Part shown: positions 38,363 to 51,200 of the stretch, piece after piece
Layout of the letters: each line of letters starts with the position of its first letter
Position numbering within the stretch: position 1 is the first letter of the stretch
NCBI GenBank assembly: GCA_951406725.2
Contig: OX597816.1
Coordinates: 171,182,001-171,246,000 of the forward strand
Reading direction: 5' to 3'
DNA length: 64,000 nt
Source: Octopus vulgaris
Taxonomy: Eukaryota
Position numbers and translations under genes: made by a program
Notes under the pieces: model-generated
What the model saw: only the letters and a program-made list of their open reading frames with translations
Database searches by the model: none
Told to the model about the DNA's origin: nothing

Positions 38363-38635
38363 CGGCGAGCTGGCAGAAACGGTAGCACGCTGGGCGAAAT
38401 GCGTAGCCGTATTTCGTCTGCCATTACGTTCTGAGTTCAAATTCCGCCGAGGTTGACTTTGCCTTTCATCCTTTTGGGGTCGATAAATTAAGTACCAGTT
38501 ACGCACTGGGGTCGATGGAATCGACTTAATCGCTTTGTCTGTCCTTGTTTGTTCCCTCTATGTTTAGCCCCTTGTGGGTAGTAAAGAAACATATCTTGTT
38601 TGTCCCCTCTGTGTTTAGCCCCTTGTGGGTAGTAA

Positions 38636-38637
<2 letters not shown>
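38363..38637 (+). mobile_element. SINE family B with duplicated 3' end
   Basis: tgtttagccccttgtgggtagtaaaga occurs twice before (TA)n. Confidence 0.85.
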
Positions 38638-38675
<38 letters not shown>

Positions 38676-39455
38676 TAGCTGAAGCTTCTTATCAGATGTA
38701 ATTACACTTTTTTTCTTTTAAATTCACAAAAAAAAAAAAAATACAATAAAGACCACTCACTACATCTATTCATCTACCTGTGGCGATGTAGCATTCATTA
38801 CATGTTAGCGTGTATGTGCATATATGTGTGTGTGTGTGTGCATGTGCTTCTATATGTGTGTGTCCGTGTGTGTGTATATATAGTGAACATTTTAAAGAAA
38901 TCATGCTGGAAATACAACAGTAATAAGAAAAATGAAATAAGCTTTTTAACCTACTGGGTTTCCACTGCATAGCTGGTAGGAATGTATTTAGACCATTAAT
39001 TAATATAATTAAGTGTGCAAATTGGTGCACTTCAATATTAATTGAATAAAAATATTAAAATTGGTAACATTTTTTATAAAGGTAATGAAACGGCTATCAT
39101 TTCATTAATACCTGAAGAGCTTCTATGCGTCCCTAAGATTTAAATTTCTGTATTTGTGAAGTAGACATAGATCTTTGAAGATTTGAAAATTATTTAATGT
39201 AACATCTGTTTAGACCCAAATAATCAGAAAACACTCTCGGTATATTTGCAATTAGCTTAAGAACTGACATTTCAATATTGAGACACTTCTTGTGGATGGA
39301 ATTGCTACACTTGTTTTCATTATTGAAGCTGGAATTGTGTGAAAGCTGCCTCAGAAACAATTGAATAAGTGATGAATTTTACTTACACATAGTTGAAATG
39401 AATTTAGATAGATTATAAATTGTGTATATGTGCTTACACACACACACACACACAT

Positions 39456-39516
<61 letters not shown>

Positions 39517-39604
39517 CATATATATATATATGTATATATATGTATATATATGTACATATATATATATATATGTATATATATGTATGTACATATGTATATG
39601 TATG

Positions 39605-39654
<50 letters not shown>

Positions 39655-39676
39655 CATACATATATATATATATAAC

Positions 39677-39880
39677 ATCATCATCATCCTCATCATCATT
39701 TAACGTCCGTTTTCCGCGCTAGCACGGGTTGGACGGTTTCGACCGGGGTCTGGGGAGCTCGGGACTGCCCCAGGCTCCAGTCTAGTCTGGCAGTGTTTCT
39801 ACAGCTGGATGCCCTTCCTAACGCCAACCACTCCGCGAGTGTAGTGGGTGTTTTTTACGTGCCACCTGCACAGGTGCCAG
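39677..39880 (-). mobile_element. RTE-type 3' tail fragment
   Basis: catcatcat...tttaacgtccgttttccgcgctagcacgggttggacgg; matches 4415-4600. Confidence 0.8.
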
Positions 39881-39905
39881 AGGGGTGTATATATATATAT
39901 GTTTT

Positions 39906-40005
<100 letters not shown>

Positions 40006-40484
40006 CACACAAACACACACACAAATACACATGTGTTTATTAATTGCTTGAAGTGACACTATATTCTGTTTTGCAACCATTATATACTACTGAGTATATA
40101 AAAAGGTTTATAAGAAAATATTGTGTCCTACTTTTTGTGTTAGCAGTGTGATACAATCACTTGTAAGTTTATCTCAACGAGTTTTCTATTGAATTTAGAG
40201 GCAGCACTGAAAGTTCTGATGTCTTGTATCTGAAGACTTCTATGTAAACAATGTGATCAAAGATGAAACAAATCGGTAAGGAGGGGGGTGGCATATTTCA
40301 GGTGTTCTTACCGCTTCTTTAGCACTACATCCAACCAATTAACTATTCCTGAACCCATGAATACCTTGCTTAAATACCCACTAAGTTTTGTGGTGCAACA
40401 CTATTGGATAAAACAATTTACATATCAAACACATTCCTGATAATATGTACATACCAGTTGCCAGGAATGTGTTTAGTACATATA

Positions 40485-40895
40485 GGCGCAGGAGTGGCTG
40501 TGTGGTAAGTAGCTTGCTAACCAACCACGTGGTTGGGTTCAGTCCCACTGCGTGGCATCTTGGGCAAGTGTCTTCTGCTATAGCCCCAGGCCGACCAATG
40601 CCTTGTGAGTGGATTTGGTAGACGGAAACTGAAAGAAGCCTGTCGTATATATATATGTATATATATGTGTGTGTTTGTGTGTGTGTGTTTGTCCCCCTAG
40701 TATTGCTTGACAACCGATGCTGGTGTGTTTACGTCCCCGTCACTTAGCGGTTCGGCAAAGAGACCGATAGAATAAGTACTGGGCTTACAAAGAATAAGTC
40801 CCGGGGTCGATTTGCTCGACTAAAGGCGGTGCTCCAGCATGGCCACAGTCAAAATGACTGAAACAAGTAAAAGAGTAAAAGAGAGAGTAAAGAGT
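40485..40895 (+). mobile_element. SINE family A
   Basis: Full-length match to 5880-6296. Confidence 0.9.
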
Positions 40896-41064
40896 AAATC
40901 CAATAGTGTTATACTGCTAAACTTGGTGGGTGTTAAGCAATGTGTTCATGGATAGATAAGGGGTTGAATGTGGTGCTGAAGGAGCAAGAACTCCTGAAAC
41001 ATGCACTCATATCCCTCCCATACCTATTTTTTAAATCTTTGATCGCATTGTTTACATAGATGTA

Positions 41065-41232
41065 GGCGCAGGAGTGGCTATGTGGTAAGTAGCTTGTTTA
41101 CCAACCACATGGTTCCGGGTTCAGTCCTACTGCGTGGCACCTTGGGCAAGTGTCTTTTGCAATAGCCTTGGGCCGACCAAAGCGTTGTGAGTGGATTTGG
41201 TAGACGGAAACTGAAAGAAGCCCGTCGTGTAC

Positions 41233-41263
<31 letters not shown>

Positions 41264-41465
41264 CGTGTATGTTTGTCCCCCTAGCATTGCTTGACAGCCG
41301 ATGCTGGTGTGTTTATGTCCCCATCACTTAGCGGTTCAGCAAAAGAGACCGATAGAATAAGTACTGGGCTTACAAAGAATAAGGTCCCGGGGTCGAGTTG
41401 CTCAACTAAAGGCGGTGCTCCAGCATGGCCGCAGTCAAAATGACTGAAACAAGTAAAAGAGAGAG
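41065..41465 (+). mobile_element. SINE family A
   Basis: Full-length match to 5880-6296. Confidence 0.9.
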
Positions 41466-43096
41466 ATGTATTCAGATACAAAACATCAGAACTTTCAGTG
41501 CTGGCTTTAGATTCTATACAAAATCCGTAGAGATAAACTTAAAAGTGATATGTATTTATATATATATATATATAATGTATACATGTATTTATATACACAT
41601 ATGTGCATATAATGGACTCTCGCATTGAAGACAATGTATGAGTGTTCAGCAAGAAGACACTTCAAAAGACTTCCATGGGGGCCTTTCTGAAGTGGCTTGA
41701 GCACTATAAGTGTATTGAAGTGAGAGGATCCTACTTGGAAGAAGATAAGAGTTTTGTATATCTTTGAAATTAGTGTTTCTGCAAAAATTTCTGGAATACA
41801 CGTTGTATGTGAGTGTGTGGTTAGATTTTCAAAAAGTAGTTTAGTACTCAATCAGTTAAGAGAGTAAAGATATTATACTAAAAACTATAAAAAGCCCTGT
41901 GGAATACAGCCACCCAGGGTTTCATGACTGAGCTATTAATTCATTCTGCCATTTATCAAGTTCTTAAATACAACAAGATGCTTTAGTAACTGCATTTGAT
42001 GTAAGTGTTGTTTGGATGAGGATACACACTTAGAAAAAGACAGAGAGAAACACAGGGGAGATGATCAACTTCAGAGTAAATATAACAAGTGTGTTCTAAA
42101 TATGAAAATTACATAAACCAACAGTGGATTGGTTTATGATGTATCTGTTGATTAATCTCTAATTCTTTTTAAGATGTATTTCTTAAAATGGGGACATAGA
42201 GAGAACAGTCTCACTCCTGGTATTTACAGAATCAATGGAGCTTCTGACGCTTTTTTTTTTTTTTTTAAAATGACAGTTTTTCAAGCAAACATATAAAACA
42301 ACCTTTTAACTTATAAATACAGAGTTTGGTCTTAAACTTAGAAAGCATCTCCTATCTGATGTTTTAGCTGACAGTTCACATCTTTAAGTTTTAAGATTGA
42401 TGCCAAGAGAGTTACTGGAAGTCTTTTTTCAGGGTGTCTGAAGGTTGAAAGATGGTGGTTGTATCTAGATGTAAATTATCCTTCCACCGATCCACTATAA
42501 CACTTGATCTCTGTCCAGCAATTTAGTTACTTAACCATCTTGTTGTTTTTAACAGCTTGAGAAACGGAGAAATAAATTAATATCTTGGCCAGGAAACCCT
42601 GGGTAGCTGTATTTCAAAAGCTTTTTGTGGGTTTTATAAGAATTAATAATAATAATAATAATAATGTATATTTTAGACTTGTACTGTAGCTGAAGGTCAG
42701 TGCAGTTATGTGTGATTTATGATAGAGTGACAAAATAAAATAGCAAAATAATACTATATGAAAGTAACAAAAGCAAATTGTTGACTAAAGGCTTATTTGC
42801 TAGTTTAGGTTTCAATGCTAAGTCTGAGCAATTTTGATTACATGCTACTTCATCAGATGGAATGATTTGTGTTCTCATCAATAAATTTGATAGAGTAGGA
42901 AAGAAAGAAATCAGGTCAATTAGGTCATGTTTTTACTGTTCAAAGATATTTCACATGCATTTCCACACATGTAGCTCCCCCTTATGGTTCAAATTAGGGT
43001 TCTACTCTCTAATCAAGTGCACTTCCACAATCCTAAGGTTTGCAGCAGCTGTGTCTCTTGCTAAGATGTATGTATTTTTAAATATGTTTGGTATTG

Positions 43097-43287
43097 TAGC
43101 AATAACCATTTTAGCCATTTTGAAATGTGGCGCGATTCGGCAAAGACATTACATCATATTGCCAATTTGCGCCACATTTCAAAATGGCTAACAATTTTTC
43201 TGGCGAGAGGCTGATATAGCAATAACCATTTTAGCCATTTTGAAATGTGGTGCGAATTGTCAATATGACGTAATGTCTTTGCCGAAG
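43097..43287. repeat. Direct + inverted micro-duplication
   Basis: tagcaataaccattttagccattttgaaatgtgg at 43097 and 43217; 43136-43191 is the reverse complement of about 43230-43286. Confidence 0.85.
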
Positions 43288-46200
43288 AATTATCATTTTC
43301 GTTTTTTTCCCATTGGTTAATATAACTGCTCATATAAAGATTCTAAAAGTTTCGTAAAGAATATTTGTCCTGAATTTCGATTCTTTTTAGTCAAGCTGAG
43401 CAGTTATAAAAACCCGGGATTTGGGGAAAAACTTTAGTGTTTGTGGGAAGTCACTTAACTCCACGACACTCACTCTTTTGAGACATCGGTAATTTTCATG
43501 CCATGTCTAGAGTTAATCACAAATCTATTTTGATTTGTAGGTTAAATTATTAGTTAGAAAAGAAGAGATTAGTTAATGAATTTATAGTTGTTCTTCTTCA
43601 CGACAAAGTTCTTTCCTACTGTAAATAATATAAAATGTTATATTTATATAATAAAAACTAATTAAAAGAAAATGTTTCTCTTCATGTTTGTTTTTCAACT
43701 GAGCATAAATAAATATGCATTTCTGTAATCTTTAATTTATGTTTCTTATAGCAGTTTAAAAGGACACAAAGAAAATATTATACATACATGTCGTTAATAT
43801 AACGTTTCATGCGTATATGTCTCTATGACGTTATAACTGTAGTTAGGGTTTTAGGTATAATGATAACACTTTAGTATAAGTGACGTTGAATCATTATATT
43901 CTCCCTTACTCAGAGAAAAGCCAAATAAAATAATATAACCTAAGAGAAAGCTTAAGGTAATAAAACAAAAACTGCCGTCGTATGTTAATCTGTGATGGGT
44001 GACGATGTTTTGTAAAAGCGTTCTGCTATGAGTAACGTCTGCAGTGGCAGGACAGTTTCTAAACCACATAGGTTTCTAAATACAGTAGCCAACACTATCT
44101 GGTGACTCTCTTTGATCTTACTGAACAGTAGCTAATGTGGTAGGTTTCTTGTGAGTTATAGTGTCAGCTAGGGAACAGGTAGTATCTTAGGACATAAGCA
44201 CACTTTGCTCTTCTGAGGAGGAAAACCTATAAATTGGATCATCTAAATAGCAGTTGCAATTAGAAAAGCAAAACACTGTTACAGAGTAACATCTGCCAAT
44301 ACAGAATTACAGCGAATATTATCATGCTGTGGATGCATCAAGAAATACGTCTTAATGAGACACATAGATGGATACTGTTAACTTCCATATGAAATAAAGG
44401 TATACTTCATTAGAAAACAGAACCCCACTATAGCCTGCAAAGACAGAAGCGGGACACATTTAGAAAGATATTCAATATCTCTACTTGTTAAAGATATGTA
44501 CGACTCTTAATTCACCCAGTTCCCTTTGCCTTACCCAGTTTATCAATGGCAAAATAGATCAGCCTGTCTGATGAAGATTCAAAAGTGCCAACGGATTTAG
44601 CATTAAAACTTAGATCCCCTAACAAGGTTTCCAGTTGACAGTTGCTTGTTATATTGATATGGTGTCATTTACACTTTAATATCAATCATACATAACTCCA
44701 CTGACCTATTATTCTGTGTGTGTGTGTGTGTGTGCGTGCGCACGTGTATGCGTGCGTGTGTGTACGTACTTCTTCTTTTGAAAGATTATCTATTCTACAC
44801 TATCAATATTCAATGAAGAATTAATAATTTTTGACTTTTGCTAATAGTTTTGTACTTCAAAATTCATGATGTTTTGGTGTGAGACGATAAAGAGAGTATG
44901 ATAGTTATCTTACAGTGGTATATATATATATATATAACTAGAATAGAAAGTAAGAGTGCACAATCAGTTATACTTGTTTTATTTTTTACTTTCTTTGAGT
45001 AGAAATGTAAGCAATATTTTACAACATTGAACAGCAAGCATTTGTTAAAGCAGATTAGATATGAGAAATATTTCTGTCAAAGATTTAAAGATTTATTTTT
45101 TTGTTTCTTCAATTCCATCAACAATAAATCTATATATAATAAGATAGCACAGTATAAAATATACACAGAAAACAATTGGATTATTCACTGAAAGACATGT
45201 ATGCCATGTATATGAAGATTGCCAAACCACACAATGAAAACATGCAATTTAAACCACAAAGTAGCGCCTTTGGTAACATGCAAATCATCCTCAACTTAAA
45301 ACTCTCAAACTTAGTACAGATGACTTTATATCAAGTTAAGAAAGACAACAACAAAAAAAAAAAAAACTGAGTTTATAAAATGAAGCAACCAAGAACATAA
45401 TATAGACAGTTCGCTTTGTGATTTATGTGTCATTTCTTTATTTAATTTTCATTTCCTTGATATAAAGAACATTTGGAATGTAGAGAGATTTTATTATTTT
45501 CTTTTCAGAAATATTTCTATGTTTTGCTTATTATTGCTGTCTACAGCATTAACTAAACTTCAGATAAACTTCAGACATTCTAGACCTAAACACAATTCAT
45601 ATTATCTAAATATAGAATAATTTGTAGATTATTATTATTATCATTGTTAATGATGGTACATCTACAAACTAAAACAATGGTATTTGTAAATTTAATCATT
45701 TCCTTTCTCCTTTGGTACCTACGAGTGAATATTGAATTGTCTAAAGAGGAATAAGTCTTGCAAAGCATATAACCACAATATATTAAATGAAAATAAAATT
45801 ATTCACCTTACTTTTCCCCACAAAGCATTTTATTTTGGTGTATGTGTATATATATATGTACACATGCATATTTTCATGCCTCCTAACACTAGATTTTTCC
45901 ACTAATGAAAAAGGAAGTTTGCATGGGAGTACTACCACTTATGTATTTCAATAATCATAGTTCTACTCTTTGAGTAACTTGGTTTTAAAAGTGTCAGTGT
46001 CATCAAGTTTCAAATACGTTAGATTAGTTATCAGAAGTTAATATTCTTGGAGTGAGTAGAGAGTCGAAAGTTAACCCCAAAGGCATTCCAACCATGATCA
46101 TTCTGCACTTCTCTGCTAAAACGTACTCTAGGCTATTTAATCCAATGTATCCTTTTATTAGGATGGCAAGATGTAGTTTGAAGGAGATATGGCTGTTAGA

Positions 46201-46336
46201 CCTAACAGGTTAAACAACCATGTAAAACCATCCTCATTGCCAAATGTATAATTAATGCTACATGCAGTGCCTGCAACAAGCTTAAAAATATATAGCAATT
46301 GAGTGTTTCAAAGTCAACAAATCCTGGCTTCATCAA

Positions 46337-46676
46337 CCTTGGGCAAGTGTCTTCTGCTATAGCCCCGGGCCGACCAATGCTTTGTGAGTGGATTTGGTAG
46401 ACGGAAACTGAAAGAAGCCCGTCGTATATATGTATATATATATATATGTGTGTGTGCTTGTATGTTTCTGTGTCTGTGTTTGTCCCCCTAGCATTGCTTG
46501 ACAACCGATGCTGGTGTGTTTACGTCCCTGTTACTTAACGGTTCGGCAAAAGAGACCGACAGAATAAGTACTGGGCTTACAAAAGAATAAGTCCCAGGGT
46601 CGAGTTGCTCGATTAAAGGCGGTGCTCCAGCATGACCGCAGTCAAATGACTGAAACAAGTACAAGAGTAAAGAGAG
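46337..46676 (+). mobile_element. SINE family A, 5'-truncated
   Basis: Starts at ccttgggcaagtgtcttc and ends at gaaacaagtacaagagtaaagagag. Confidence 0.85.
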
Positions 46677-47373
46677 TATACCCTGAAGCATTCTCCTCTG
46701 TGGAGCCAAAATCTGAAGCTTCAAACTCACCTTGTTGGAACACACACAAATCTTTACCTGAGGGCTAAAAACATTTGCTTAAAAGCACAAGACCACACAG
46801 GGTAGTTGTGGAGACATTCCCTTCATCTCTTCTAATGTCACTGCTTGATGCAAGGCAGACTTTATTGGCCACCACTATAAAACTACCAACTAGCCATAGC
46901 AGGTGTTACATTTTGATGATTTCCACATCTTTTTTTGAGGATAAACTCAACTACATTAAAGTTTTTGGCAGAGATACACATCATGAAACTGATGATCTAC
47001 CAAAGCTAATGTGGGAAGAAATTCCTGACACATGGTTGAAAGATGCAACTCAGTTGTAGCTGCTTGAATAAGTGTTAATGTTGATTTTTTGATTTTCCAT
47101 TACTTTTAGCTTCAACAAAACTTACAAAGTGTAAATAAGAACAGTTATAATTAGATGTATGATCAAATGAAGGATTATATTTAATGGCGTTTCTATGTCT
47201 AGGTAAAGAGAAAAAGAAATCTAAAGACAAAAGCTTTATTTCATCAGTCTTTATCGGTATTTATGAATGATACTAAGTCTAATTGGTAATGTAAATAAAG
47301 GATTCAACAATAACTTTAAACTAAATGATAACATGCTTTTACCACATAATATCATCAGATTAATGTATGTAAG

Positions 47374-47415
<42 letters not shown>

Positions 47416-47435
47416 AAGTGGGGTTGTTGTGTGTG

Positions 47436-47489
<54 letters not shown>

Positions 47490-48169
47490 TACATATACCG
47501 ATTGATATTAATTCTAACAGGTGTAGACATGCACTAAAATATAAAATTATTCAATGATACGATTGATAACATTTTTATCAAGAAATTATTTTAACTTTCA
47601 AAATAAACATTATCAAAATTGTTTTTAATAAATTGACATGCAGCAAACGTGTAGTTATATTGTAAAATCAAAAGTTGTTCATTGCTATTTTAGTGGAGTA
47701 ATGTTATTTCTAACTAAAGCTAAAAGGAAAACCTCTTTTTACAGTTGACATCTGATTGCATAATGTTTATAAATATACATACATGTTGATGTTAAAATAA
47801 TTATAATCCAAGTTTTCGCCAAAGAATAAATGCAGTTCTCTGAAGAGTTACACTGAGACTTATCGAAAATTGACACACCTAAGAATTTCAAACATGTTTT
47901 TAAAATAAATGAAGTATTTTAGTTCCGTAAGTTTGAGCGCTTTATATAAACAAAGTTTAATTCTTTGATTTAACTCTCACCTATCTGGGATAATTTAGTG
48001 AGTTGAAATAATTAATCAATTATATTTTTTAACTAAATCAAAAGACAAGCTGAGGTGCAAGTAACAAATTAAGACTCGGTGATGAACACACTAACAAAAC
48101 AAATTAGTAGTGAGACTAAAATTGTGGTATGTCAAAGTCAGGCCTGTGGAAAGTTCTAGTAACACTTAC

Positions 48170-48244
48170 CAGTTACTGGACATAGTCGCAATTTGTTATT
48201 TCTCTGAATTGGAGCAACCATCTCTTGGATGTTTTTCTTTAGAC
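48170..48244 (-). CDS. Candidate 75-nt symmetric phase-1 coding exon (GLKKNIQEMVAPIQRNNKLRLCPVT) of an unidentified gene
   Basis: tctcccttatcccctcacacttttcatgcag|GTCTAAAG...GTAACTG|gtaagt: strong acceptor, consensus donor, multiple of 3, only the phase-1 frame is open, and it lies in a long repeat-poor block. Confidence 0.7.
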
Positions 48245-51200
48245 CTGCATGAAAAGTGTGAGGGGATAAGGGAGAACTGAATATATCAACAGACCAATGA
48301 CACAGCTGAATAGGAGCAGACATCATGTTCCTCATTAGGTTTTGCCAGATGAAAATATAAGTAAAATAAATAAAATATCATGCCCAAACACTTGATTAAA
48401 TGAATTTTGCAACAACATCTGGTAGCTTTCAATGATCAAAAACAATCCAACATAAAGCATCGGCTCAACAACAAATCTATCCACTTTACAAGTTCATGTG
48501 GATAGCATGAAGGGGTGGGGGGAACAGAAGTAAAACCTATGAAATAATCTAAATTAAATAAACTGTATAATAATGAGATTATTATTATTATTAACCAAGT
48601 ATAATAGAATTAGCTAAATTAATTGAAAATATGTTTACATCTGAGTTACATGAACTAAAAATATATTTATAAACCAACATAAAAATAAATCATTACATAA
48701 AAAAAAAGAATGAAAACACTTTTAAGAAGTCTATAGCAATCAAACAAACCTTTTACATAATAACCCTAATATGAAGATTTCTAATACACAACCTTTAAAA
48801 ATCTTAATAAGAACACTGGCAGTTTTTTTAATTAAATCACTAAAACCATTCACACATATTGTTAGCACTATACTACTTTGAGTAGAGATTAAGATTTCAT
48901 TAACTTTTTATCCGCTAAAATTGAGGGCCAACTTATGACATCTACCGTAATGTTGAAATTATAATTTTTTTTTCCCCTTTATTACCAAGTGAATTTTGTA
49001 AGGAGAATCAACGTATGTTTTGCTGAACATGTAATATGAAATTTACAGCAATGTTGATGTACTTGAACGGCAAAAAAATGAAGTGGAAAACTGCATACAA
49101 AAGCACTGACTCTAGCTTGAACATACATTAACATTTAAATCCTTGCTGTGCCTTTTCTATATAAATCTCCCAATCCTGTGAGAAACCAGAGATTTTTGTA
49201 TGAAATATGGTTAGTCCAGTATAGAAACTATAAAAACATAACCACTGCATGAATTTAGAAAAAATTGGATGATGATAGGATGTAATATTTGTAAGTGTAC
49301 ATTCTATATGTGGCTTTTACCTATTGTCATGTCACTTTCACATCCCAAAGTATGTTGAATACAGGTAAGTTGATTACATGTAGATGTTTTCACATATTTA
49401 CAAAATATTGATTCTTGGGCATTGATTCTTGGGCATTGATTTCTTGACCCAGAATTGAATTTGTTCTCCAGTAATCACTAAAACTTGGAAGCCACACAAC
49501 TCCCATTTGAAGAAGCATTCTTAAGTATGCCTTGATATCCTCCATTCAAAGATTTGTAAGGCCGATATGACTAATAAATTAGTGTTCTCATACATCAACC
49601 AGTATGCTGAGGCTCGACATGTAAAATATATCAGTAAACTAATTTCTTATCTTAATATCCTTATCATTAACTAATGAAAAAATCAATACTTTGATCAACT
49701 ATGTGATCACTTCACTCCTGTTCAGAACTAAAAAGCCCAATTATTACTTCCATGCAGTTGTATACAGATGATACTGAAATGTCACTCTGGTTGCTTTTTT
49801 ACAAGTCTAAGTTCTCTTTCTCTAACTAAATTAATAATAAATAATATCACCAAATTCTAGATCATCACTTGCAGTTTCAGCTGCTATGGTACTTGAAATA
49901 GAAGAAAAACATTCACTTAAACTACAGAAAATAAATGCATATGATGCAAACGGAGTTTTTTGACTAAAATGAAACTAAACTTTGTTTCTCACACAGAAGA
50001 GTGGTTAGGTCCTGTTTTTCAAACCCAAACAACCACACATTTTGAATTGCAGCTATATGCATTTCAGGACTTGGCGACAGTTGTGAATATTTGTACAAAA
50101 AAGAGAAAATCAATAACTAATTTTGCCTTCACTAGAAAATCTAATCAGATGTCCAGTTTACACTAAGTCAAAATATTTAATCAAAAAGATAACACCTTGT
50201 GTGCATACATAACAATTACAAACAAGGAAATTAAGAGAGTCAAGTGTAACACAAGAGAATTCTAGTTGGGGAAGAAATAAGGTCAGATGAAATATCCAAA
50301 ACATAAACTACTCAGTAATTGAAAACAATAAATAAGAAAGATATTTAGATGAAGAGTGTGAATGGCTAGCAGTGCTGTTGCTTAGCTGGAATATCTTATT
50401 TGTATTGGACAATTCATTTGTGAATAAACCCATGAGAATATTTCTTTATAGATCTAGAAAATATTCTCTCAAAATCACCACAAACTAAATCAATATAGAT
50501 AATCATTTTAAATATTTTCTTTCATCATTGTATTGTATAGGCAGCTACACTAAAGAGTCAGAGTCCTACAAATCATTTTAGATGAGCCCAGACCATAAAT
50601 ACAATTGTAAACAGTAGAATTAGAGTAGATGATTGAATATTATAAAAGCTTTCAGTTTATAACTTCAGACAAATGTAACTGAGAGTTATAAGTTGAAAAC
50701 ATCACAAGTTTGAATATTGTTGATATTGAGCTACAATTTAATGTCTGCCAACTAAGCAATTTCACAGTATTCGGGGCAGATTACTATGATTGTCCATCCA
50801 TAAAACAATGTTCTGTTATTCTATTGTGGTTAATGTTCTCAGCATTAAGGCATGTTGTACACAGGTCATCACAAGGCCTTACTAAAAAGATATAAAAGAC
50901 TATCTCTAAATGGACCCTCACTGATATCCCATACATATAAGTATGGCCATCAGAGATTACAGGTTATTCACAGATTAAAAATGCTCAAAATGGTTGACAG
51001 TCAAAACGCAGTAAAAGAAATATACTGCATGATGCAATCAGCAAGATAATGATGAACTTGCTTATTCATGCTCATCAGCAGAAATCAAAACATTTTCAGG
51101 AGAAAAAGAGGTTGACTACTTCAATTTCTTGCTTGTGTTGAGTGATCTGGATTATGAAGGATAATCCAGGAGAGAAATAATAGAGCTCATGATTATTCAA

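Noticed and set aside
49408-49446. 14-bp tandem repeat attgattcttgggc, about 2.7 copies
   Set aside because: An ordinary slippage duplication with no further structure.
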